Origin: Mobula hypostoma
Lineage: Eukaryota
NCBI RefSeq assembly: GCF_963921235.1
Contig: NC_086097.1
Location: 7,812,001 to 7,876,000 of the forward strand
DNA length: 64,000 nt
Direction of reading: 5' to 3'
Under the pieces are notes generated by a model. That model was not told where the DNA came from. It saw nothing but the letters and a program-made list of their open reading frames with translations, and searched no databases. Positions 49,110 through 59,437 of the stretch are shown here, piece by piece; position 1 is the stretch's first letter; each line of letters starts with the position of its first letter. The translations under genes and the position numbers were made by a program.

Positions 49110-52057
49110 TCCCACTGACCTGCACACGGACCATATCCCTCCATACACCTCCCAGCCATGTATCTGTCCAATTTATTCTTAAATGTTAAAAAAGAACCCG
49201 CATTTACCACCTCGTCTGGCAGCTCATTCCATACTCCCACCACTCTCTGTGTGAAGAAGCCCCCCTAATGTTCCCTTTAAACTTTTCCCCCCTCACCCTT
49301 AACCCACGTCCTCTGGTTTTTTTCTCCCCTTGCCTCAGTGGAAAAAGCCTGCTTGCATTCACTCTATCTATACCCATCATAATTTTATATACCTCTATCA
49401 AATCTCCCCTCATTCTTCTACACTCCAGGGAATAAAGTCCTAACCTATTCAACCTTTCTCTGTAACTGAGTTTCTCAAGTCCCGGCAACATCTTTGTAAA
49501 CCTTCTCTGCACTCTTTCAACCTTATTTATATCCTTCCTGTAGTTTAGTGACCAAAACTGAACACAATACTCCAGATTCGGCCTCACCAATGCCTTATAC
49601 AACCTTATCATAACATTCCAGCTCCTATACTCAATACTACGATTAATAAAGGCCAATGTACCAAAAACTCTCTTTACGACCCTATCTACCTGTGACGACA
49701 CTTTTAGGGAATTTTGTATCTGTATTCCCAGATCCCTCTGTTCCACTGCACTCCTCAGTGCCTTACCATTAATCCTGTATGTTCTATGTTGGTTTGTCCT
49801 TCCAACGTGCAATACTTCACACTTGTCAGTATTAAACTCCATCTGCCATTTTTCAGCCCATTTTTCCAGCTGGTCCAAGTCCCTCTGCAGGCTCTGAAAA
49901 CCTTCCTCACTGTCCACTACACCTCCAATCTTTGTATCATCAGCAAATTTGCTGATCCAATTTGCCACATTATCATCCAGATCATTGATATAGATGACAA
50001 ATAACAATGGACCCAGCACTGATCCCTGTGGCACACCACTAGTCACAGGCCTCCACTCAGAGAAGCAATTTTCTACCACCACTCTCTGGCTTCTTCCATC
50101 GAGCCAATGTCCAATCCAATTTACCACCTCTCCATGTATACCTAGCGAATGAATTTTCCTAACTAACCTCCCATGCGGGACCTTGTCAAAGGCCTTACTG
50201 AAGTCCATGTAGACAATATCCACTGCCTTCCCTTCATCCACTTTCCTGGTAACCTCCTCGAAAAACTCCCAACAGATTGGTCAAACATGACCCACCACGC
50301 ACAAAGCCATGTTGACTCTCCCTAATAAGCCCCTGTCTATCCAAATGCTTGTAGATTCTGTCTCTTAGTACTCCCTCCAATAACTTACCTACTACTGACG
50401 TTAAACTCACCGGCCTATAATTTCCCGGATTACTTTTCGATCCTTTTTTAAACAACGGAACAACATGAGCCACTCTCCAATCCTCCGGCACTTCACCCGT
50501 AGACAGCGACATTTTAAATATTTCTGCCAGGGCCCCCGCAATTTCAACACTAGTCTCCTTCAAGGTCCGAGGGAACACCCTGTCAAGTCCCGGGGATTTA
50601 TCCACTTTAATTTTCCTCAAGATAGCAAGCACCTCCTCCTTTTCAATCTGTACAGTTGCCATGGTCTCACTACTTGATTCCCTCAATTCCATAGATCTCA
50701 TGCCAATTTCCTTAGTAAATACAGACGCAAAAAGCCTATTTAAGATCTCCCCCATTTCCTTTGGTTCCGCACAAAGCCAACCACTCTGATCTTCAAGAGG
50801 ACCAATTTTATCCCTTACAATCCTTTTGCTCTTAATATACCTGTAAAAGCTCTTTGGATTATCCTTCACTTTGACTGCCAAGGCAACCTCATGTCTTCTT
50901 TTTGCCCTCCTGATTTCTTTCTTAAGTATATTCTTGCACTTCTTATACTCCTCAAGCACCTGATTTTCCCCCTGTTTCCTATACATTTCATACAACTCCC
51001 TCTTCTTCTTTATCAGAGTTGCAATATCCCTTGAGAACCAAGGTTCCTTATTCCTATTCAATTTGCCTTTAATCCTGACAGGAACATACAAACTCTGCAC
51101 TCTCAAAATTTCCCCTTTGAAGGCTTCCCACCTACCAATCACATCTTTGCCAGAGAACAACCTGTCCCAATCCACGCTTTTTAGATCCTTTCTCATTTCT
51201 TCAAATTTGGCCTTCTTCCAGTTCAGAACCTCAACCCTAGGACCAGATCTATCCTTGTCCATGATCAAATTGAAACTAATGGCGTTATGATCACTGGAAC
51301 CAAAGTGCTCCCCTACACAGACTTCCGTCACTTGCCCTAATTCGTTTCCTAACAGGAGATCCAATATTGCATCCCCTCTAGTTGGTCCCTCTATATACTG
51401 ATTTAGAAAACTTTCCTGAACACATTTTACAAACTCTAAACCATCTAGACCCCTAACAGTATGGGAGTCCCAATCAATGTATGGAAAATTAAAATCCCCT
51501 ACCACCACAACTTTATGTTTCCTGCAGTTGCCTGCTATCTCTCTGCAGATTTGCTCTTCCAAGTCTCGTTGACTATTGGGTGGTCTGTAATACAATCCCA
51601 CTAATGTGGCCATACCTTTCCTGTTTCTCAGCTCCACCCATAAGGACTCAGTAGACAAGCCCTCTAATCTGTCCTGCCTGAGCACTGCTGTAATATTTTC
51701 CCTAACAAGCAATGCTACTCCCCCACCTTTCATTCTTCTGCCTCGATCACATCTGAAACATCGGAACCCTGGAATATTAAGCTGCCAGTCCTGCCCCTCC
51801 TGTAGCCAAGTTTCACTAATTGCTACAACATCATAATTCCACGTGTCATTCCACGTGTCAATCCACGCTCTCAACTCATCCGCCTTCCCCGCAATACTCC
51901 TAACATTGAAATATATACACCTCAGAAGATTTTTACCACCACTCACAACCTTTCTATCAGCGGATTTGCTTAAACTTTCAACATCACTTATTTTCACCCC
52001 AGCCACACTGTCAGCTCTGGCACTCTGGTTCCCATTCCCCTGCAAATCTGGTTTAAA
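49110..52057 (-). pseudogene. CR1 ORF2p (APE endonuclease + reverse transcriptase), frameshifts near ~50265 and ~49260
   Basis: YFNVRSI, SETWL, YYRPP, GDFN, SDHN; YRPVSLTS, DFSKAFDKV, PQGSVLGP, FADD. Confidence 0.92.
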
Positions 52058-52970
52058 GCCTCCCCAATAGCACTAACAAACCTCCCTGAAAGGATATTGG
52101 TCCCCCTGTGGTTCAAGTGTAACCCGTCTCTCTTGTACAGGTCCCACCTGCCCCAGAAGAGGTCCCAATGATCCTGAAATCTGAAACCCTGCCCCCTACA
52201 CCAGTTCCTCAGCCACTTGTTCCTCCTCCAGAGCATCCTATTCTTACCCTCACTGGCACCTAGCACAGGTAGCAATCCTGAGATTACCACCCTTGAGGTC
52301 CTGCTTTTCAACTTCCTACCAAGCTCTCTATACTCACTGCCCAGGACCTCTTCACTCTTCCTTGCTATGTCATTGGTGCCTATGTGCACCACGACATCTG
52401 GCTGGTCACCCTCCCACTTCAGAATGTCATGCAATGGATCAGAGACATCCTTGACCCTGGCACCTGGGAGGCAACAAACCATCCTGGATTCTCTGTCACG
52501 ACCACAGAACCTCCTATCTGCACCTCTAACTATCGAGTCCCCTATCACTACCGCTCTCCTCTTTTTCCCCCCTCCCTTCTGCACTGCAGAGCCAGACTCA
52601 GTGCCAGAGATCCGGCTACTGCAGCTAGTCCCAGGTAAGTCATCCCCCCCAACAGTATCCAATGAGGTATACTTGTTGCTGAGGGGAATGGCCACAGGTG
52701 AACCCTGCTCTGCCTGTCCTTTCCTCTTCCCTCGCCTGACAGTGACCCAATTTCCTGTCCTCTGCTCCTTTGGCGTAACTACCTCCCTGTAGCTACGATC
52801 TATAATCTCCTCATTCTCCCGAATGATCCGCAGGTCATCCAGCTCCTGCTCCAGTTCCCTAACGCGGTTTGTCAGGAGCTGCAGCTGGATGCACTTCTTG
52901 CAGGTGTCGTTGTCAGGGACACCGGAGGGCTCCCTGACTTCCCACATCCTGCAAGAGGAGCATTCCAACA
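51994..52970 (-). CDS. CR1 ORF1p: zinc finger, coiled coil, SGNH/GDSL esterase domain
   Basis: CSSC..CKKC; LTNRVRELEQELDDL; VVIGDSIVRG, VVHIGTNDI, DGLHLN. Confidence 0.9.
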
Positions 52971-54455
52971 TCTTGAGAGAAGTTGCTGAAGAAATAACGG
53001 ATGCATCGGTCATGATCTTTCAAGAATCACTTGATTCTAGCATGGTTCCAAAAGACTGGAAATTGCAAATGTCAATCCACTCTTTAAGAAGGGAAGAAGA
53101 TGAAATAAAGGAAAGAAAGGCCATTTAGCCTATCTTCAGTGGTTGGGAAAGTGTTGGAGTCTATTATTAAGGATGAGGTTTCGAGATACTTGGAGTCTAA
53201 TGGTAACGCAAGTCAAAGTCAGCATGGTTTCTGTTTAGGGAAATCTTGCTTAACAAAACTGTTAGAATTTTACAAGGAAGTAACGAGTGTTGGGAGGGGG
53301 GTGGGTGCAAAGGAGAGACAATAGATGTCATTTACTTGGATTTTCACAAGGCATTTGATAAAGTGCTACACATGAGGCTGCTTAGCAAGATAAAATCTCA
53401 TAGCATTACAGGAAAGATACTGGCATGGATAGAGGAATGGCTGACAGGCAGGAGGCAGTGAATGGGAATAAATGGGTCTTTTCTGGTTGTCAGTGACTAA
53501 TGAAGTTCCGCAGGGGTCGGTGTTGGAAAAGTTTGTGGCAAAGTTTGCAGATGATATGAAAGTAGGTGGAGAGTTAGGTAGTGCTGAGGAAGCAAATTGC
53601 AGAAGGACTAAGACAAATTGGAAGAATAGACAAAAAAGCGGCAAATGGAATAGAGTGTTGGGAAATATATTATAAAGGAACAAAAGTGCTGGTAATTATC
53701 TAAATGAGGACAAAATTCAAACATCAGAGGTGCAGAGGGCATTCGGAGTCCTCGTGCAAGACTCCCAGAAGGTTACTTTACAGGGTGAGTCTGTGAGAAA
53801 GAAGGCAAGTGCAATGTTGGCATTCATTTCAAGGGGAATAGAATATAAAAACAAGGAGAAAATGCTGAGGCTTTATAAGACAATAATCAGACTGCACTTG
53901 GGGTATTGTCAACAGTTTTGGGCCCCATAGCTCAGAAAATATGTGTTGTCATTGCAGAACGCCCAGAGGTGGTTCAGGAGGATGATTCTGGTAATGAAGG
54001 GGTTAACACGCGAGTAGCATTTGGCAGCTTTGGGTCTGTACTCACAGGAATTTAGAAGAATGAGGGGAGATCTTATTGAAACCTACTGAATGTTGAAAGG
54101 ACTAGATAAGGTGGATGCGGAAAGGATGTTCCCTGTGGTGGGATTGTCCAGGACTAGAGGGCACAGCCTCAAAATTGAGGGGTGACCCATTAGAACAGAG
54201 GTAAGGAGGAATATTTTTAGCCAGAGAGTTGTGAATCTGTGGAATGCTCTGTCACAGACATCTGTGAAGGCCAAGATATTGGGTATATTGAAAGCAAAAA
54301 TTGATAGTTTCCTAATTGGTCAGAGCATCAAAAGTTATGGCAAGAAGGCAGGTCTTTGGAATTGAGTGAGTTCTGGGATCAGCCATGATGGAATGGTGGA
54401 GCGGACTCAATGGGCTGAATGGCCTAATTCTGCTCTATGTTTTATGGTCTTATGA

Positions 54456-54855
54456 TAGTTACTGGTCATTGAAACTGGAGTTTTCAGAAGCAGATGGAGT
54501 AGCTGAGAGTATTAATACACCAGTATTGGTCTGCCTGGATCTGTTCGAGAAAGGTGAAGATTCCGTTCTTATTGGAACAAATTCTCCCATTGACAGAAGG
54601 ATTGTGGGAGCACGCAAGGAGAGAAATTGAGAGAATTTTTTGAAAACCTTGTCCATTCACCTGTTTTCAGATCTGCTTTTGAGGAGATGCAAGTTCCTCC
54701 TAAGCAGGATGAGGAGCATAAACGAGGAACTGTATGGTACACCCAGACTGAAACTGTCATGTTCAATCCCGGAGGAGTAGCTAGAGTGACAGAGGACACC
54801 CCTTTCCAAGTGAGTACTAATCAGTTATCACCAGTGGAGGTCCACTTTAACTTAT
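54456..54855 (+). mobile_element. Gypsy-like gag/protease-region fragment
   Basis: LKLEFSEADGVAESINTPVLVC..VLIGTN, then HPVFRSAFEE..GTVWYTQ; resembles sequence downstream of Gypsy proteases (family call by recognition only). Confidence 0.55.
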
Positions 54856-54860
54856 GATGG

Positions 54861-55087
54861 TGTAAGGTCCGTTATCTCCTGGCAAGTGTTAACTTTACAT
54901 GGGTCAGTATTTACACAGCGTTCACCATAATTTCCGTTCCATCATGGGAAGCATACCGACCCTAGATGGGTGTTGCTTATAGAAGGTGGTCTTCTCACTG
55001 TTAACCATGCGATTCTGAGTCACGTAGCTGTTAGCCGGAGTTAGCTAATGAGCCTACTTTATTGCAAGTCACGGTGAGAGGGTTACA
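54861..55087. mobile_element. Short LTR-like segment
   Basis: tggTGTAA...TTACAcca inverted termini; adjacent to the Gypsy fragment; no clear TSD. Confidence 0.4.
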
Positions 55088-55899
55088 CCAGTCTACCTGT
55101 ATATTAAAATCCCTCATGACTATTGTATCATTGCCCTTATTACATGCCTTTTCTATCTCCCACATCATAGCTATTGTTCGGAGACCTGCATATAACATCC
55201 ATTAGCGATTTTTACCCTTGCAGTTTCTTAACTCTACACATAGGGTTTCAACATCCGATGTCAGCTCTTCCTAAGGATTTAATTTCATTTTTTCCAACAG
55301 AGCTACCCCACCCCCTCTGCCCACCTGCCTTTCCTTTCGATACAATGCAGATGATAAGCTCCCAACTATGATCTTCTTTCAAACACGACTCAGTGAAGCC
55401 ACAACATCATACCTGCCAATCTCTACACTACAAGATCATCTACCTTATTCCGTATACTGTGTGCATCCAAATGTACTACCTTCAAACCTGTATTCATCAG
55501 CCCTATTGAATTTTCCCCCATATTACACTTCAACTCATCGCAATGACTACAATTATAACATATCAGCTGCCTGCCCTTCCTCACAGTTTCACTACACAAT
55601 ACAGAGACATGTATACTAACTGCCCTGAAATAACAAGAGATATTGCTGAAAATACTCAGTTGGTTGGGCAGAATCTGTGGAAAGTAACTTTTCTGATCAG
55701 TGATCTATCATCAGTACAGACAACGTGCAATATTGCAAAACTTGCAACATTAATTGTTCTTTTTTACCCAAATGCTGTCTGACCTACTATTTTCAATATT
55801 TTCTTATTAAAACAATGCCTCAAATTATTAGCAGAAACTGAATTTACAACTATTTCTCAGGACGAGACAAGAAAGCCTCAGGATTCTACGAGTAGAGGC

Positions 55900-56470
55900 A
55901 TAGAGTCTAAGATTACTATAGAACAGAAACAGGGCCTTCGTCCCATCTAATCTGAGTCGGACTATTAATCTGCCTGGTCACATTGACCTGCCTTCCATAC
56001 CCCTCTATCCGTGTACTGCACCTATCCAAATTTATCTTAAATGTTGACATTGAGCCTGCATCCGCTGCTTCCGCTGGCATCTCAGTCCACACTCTCACCG
56101 CCCTTTAATTGAAAAAGTTCTACCTCATGTTCACCATAAACATTTCATCCTTCACCCTTAACCCATTACCTCTACTTCTAGTATCACCCACCCTCAGTGA
56201 AAAAAGCCTCCTTGAACCTACACTACCCCTCGTAATTTTATACACCTCTATCAAATCTCCCCTCAATCTGCTATGTAGCAGGGAATAAAGTACTAACCTA
56301 TTCAACCTTTCTCTCTAACTGAGGTACTCAAGTCCTGGCAATATCCTTGTAATTTTCTGTGAACTTTTTCAATCTTATTGCTATCTCTCCTGTAGGTAGG
56401 TGACCAGAACTGGACTCAATACTCCAAACTAGGCCTCACCAATGTCTTATACAACTTCAGCATGACATCT
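55900..56470 (-). mobile_element. CR1 3' fragment
   Basis: RLRGDLIEVYKITRG. Confidence 0.82.
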
Positions 56471-58938
56471 TCGTGAGGGTGAGGGACTCGGATGTACTCT
56501 GTTCTTTCAGGAAACTATTTTCCTACCTTGAATGGCCTTGATATGCTCTCTTGATTTTAACATCCACATTATCTCCCCTCTCATATCTTTTCTTTGTGGG
56601 TAGATTATTCCATAGCTTTCATAACTCCAAGGAAAGCAGTGCAATATTCTCATAATCTGAGGCCCATTTTATCTACACATTTGATGTGGCATGATGTCAT
56701 TTAAAACAGTATTTTACTCAATGTGTCCTCTCCCTCAAGTCACACCGTGATACTTGTCCTCTCTTTCTGTGATGCTGTGTGCAAGCTGTGTACGAAGCAG
56801 TTCAGAATCAGAATCAGGTTTATTATCACCAGCATGTGTAGTGAAATTTGTTAACTTAGCAGCAGCAGTTCAATGCAATGCATAATGTAGAAGAAAAAAT
56901 GTAAAAATAAATAAGTAAATCAATTACAGTATATATATATTGAATAGATCAAAAATCATGCAAAAATAGAATTAATGTATATTAAAAGTTGAGTTTGAGT
57001 GTAATCTTCAGAATTAATCAAAGTGCTGAGTATTTGGCTGGGATACAGTGATCCAGTGATTGGAGGATCTGAGGAAATGGACGAATCTGTATTAACATGC
57101 ATACTTTAATTTAGAGAATGTCTGATTACTTTTTTCAACAACGTTGAGGTTAAATGTCAATTTCTTTGCTTGGCAGTGATATGAGACAGTGGGTCATTTG
57201 TCTATTACAGGCTGTGTTATCATGCTGACAGTAATATTGCAAAATAGGTCACTCATCTGTCAATTTCATCCCTTGAGGAGGAACATGGGAGAGTAGATTG
57301 CTCATTTGTTACAGTCAATTTCATAACCCAGGTAGCGGATGGCATGTCTGTTACAGTACACATCTGCCATAATTTGACTTTAAAGAATGGCGATCCAACT
57401 GTTTAAAATTCATCAGCTCCTGCCTCCTGACGTACTGCTCACCAGTTTCATGTTAGGCAGTTTCCCTAAGTATTCAGTTACTCACTGCCTTACTTAAACA
57501 AAAATTAAGCAAACATTTAAGCAAAATAATGCTTACTTAAGCAAAAAAAAGCAAAAATTACTTACTAATTTAAACCTATCACCCCAACTGAGGCATAGGC
57601 TGCCAATAGTAGTTTGCCAGAGTCCTCTATCCTGGGCCAGTCTTTCATGTTGTCTACAGGGGTAGCATATCATCCTGTCCTGGTGTATCTTTGCTCTCTT
57701 GGACATGGAGTCTTTGGAGATTCTCCTGGCGTTTCTGTAGCACTGGGTTTTTATGAGCTGAGGTGGCTAGCTCCATGCCAAACCCTCCTGATTTCACGGC
57801 GGGGCTGGGAACATAAGACCACAGAAGTAACTTTAGGCCGTTTGGCCTGTCAAGTCTGCTCCACCATTCAATTATGGGTGATCCTTTTTTTACCTCCTCA
57901 GCCACATTCCCTGGTCTTCTCCCATAACGTTTGATGCCACATCCAATCAGGAACCTATCAAGATCTGCCTTAAATACACCAAATTACCTGGCCTCCACAG
58001 CCGCCTGTGGTAATAAATTCCACAAAATCACCACCCTCTGGCTAAAGAAATTTCTCCATATCCCTGATTTAAAAGGACATCCCTCTATTCTGAGGCTGTG
58101 CCCTCTTGTCCAAGGCTCACCCACCATGGGAACCATTATTTCCACATCTACTTTGTCTAGGCCTTTCAACATTTGAAAGACTTCAATGAGATTCCACCTC
58201 ATCCTTCTAAATTCCAGTAAGTACAGACACAGAGATATCAAACATTCCCTGTGTGATAAGTTTTTCATTCCTGGAATCATCCTTGTGAGCCTTCTCTGGA
58301 CCCTTTCCAACGCCAGCACATCATTTTTCAGATGGGGAGCCAACTACTATTCACAATACTCAAAGTGAGGCCTCTCCAGTGCCTTATAAAATCTCAGCAT
58401 CAAAAACATCCTTGCTCTTCTATTCTAGGTCTATTCTAGACCTCTTGAAATGAATGCTAGCATTGCATTTGCCTTCCTTACCCCCAACTGTACCTGCAAG
58501 TTAGCCTTTAGAATGTTCAGCATAAGGACTCCCAAATCCCTTTGCATCTCAGATATTTGGATTTTCTCCCCATTTAGAAAAAAGACTGCATATTTATTTC
58601 TTCTTCTAAAGTGCAAGGCCATATGTTTTCCAGCATTGTATTTCATTTGCCACTTTCTTGCCCATTCTCCAAAACCTAATCCTAATGAATGCGTGGCTGA
58701 GAGACTGGTGTAGGGGACAGGGCTTCAGATTCTTGGATAATTGGGATCTCTTCTGTGGGAAGTATGACCTGTTCAAAAAGGACAGGTTACACCTGAACCC
58801 GAAGGGGACCAATATCCTGGCGCGAAAGTTTAATAGAGCTGTTAGGGAGGGTTTAAACTCATTTGGCAGGGGGATGGGAACCGGAATGATAGACCAGAGG
58901 AAGGGGAAAACAGATATAAACCTAAGATAATGAGCAGT

Positions 58939-59437
58939 TGGTTGTTCGTCCATCGTTGACGTCGATGAGGACCTGGACACCATTATGATGGTGTCGAGAC
59001 TAGCGCATGATTTGGATTTAAGTGAGGGAGAGTTGCGCAGCATCAGCCTCACTCTCTCTTCTCAATTCCCATCTGGATCCAGTGGCAAGACAGAGACTAG
59101 ACGGCTGGAGATGGGACAAGGCGCAGTGGATGACCAGGACGTCTTCTGTGTCTTGTCCTGCTCTACACGTTCCATGACGCTTGCAGAGACCGCCTTCTTG
59201 ACCGTTGGACCTTCCATTGGTCTCGTCCGCTCAATCCGCCGGAGTCTGTCTTCACATGCTGGGATAGACAACTCCCTATCTCACCGAGGGTTTGAGACCC
59301 GTCGGCTACCCTCACCTGGTTTAGCCGGCTTGTCGAAGCCATTGCCCGGGGTGTGGCTGCTGTCGCATGCAAACAGCTACGGGGAGCCACAGGTGAGAAC
59401 TGAGTGCCAGGTGGGGACCAAAGGTGGACTAACCACA
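58939..59437 (-). mobile_element. Ribozyme-headed non-autonomous retroelement, copy 2 (almost full length)
   Basis: TSD TGAGCAGT at 58931-58938 and 59439-59446; inserted into the start of CR1 ORF2. Confidence 0.9.
59311..59437 (-). ncRNA. HDV-like ribozyme fold with L3 hairpin insertion
   Basis: P2 CUCACCUGU/AC(C)AGGUGAG; P3 GGC/GCC; L3 UCCCCGUA; GGGCAA; P4 UGGCUU-CGAC-AAGCCG; J4/2 GCUAA. Confidence 0.72.

Larger units (their letters stand above)
49024..52970 (-). mobile_element. Young near-full-length CR1 LINE (ORF1 + ORF2)
   Basis: Long open ORFs, few disruptions, (ttctatgg)n tail, 5' end truncated at the ORF1 zinc finger. Confidence 0.96.
48105..54455 (+). mobile_element. Older CR1 (48105-49022 + 52971-54455) split by a young CR1
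   Basis: catcccagagtctt | tcttgagagaagttgctgaag rejoins as HPRVLREVAEEI; apparent TSD TCTT. Confidence 0.88.

Noticed and set aside
52971..53013. Annotated N-terminus MTDASVISSATSLK of CR1 ORF1
   Set aside because: It lies in the antisense strand of the older host CR1, beyond the insertion junction.
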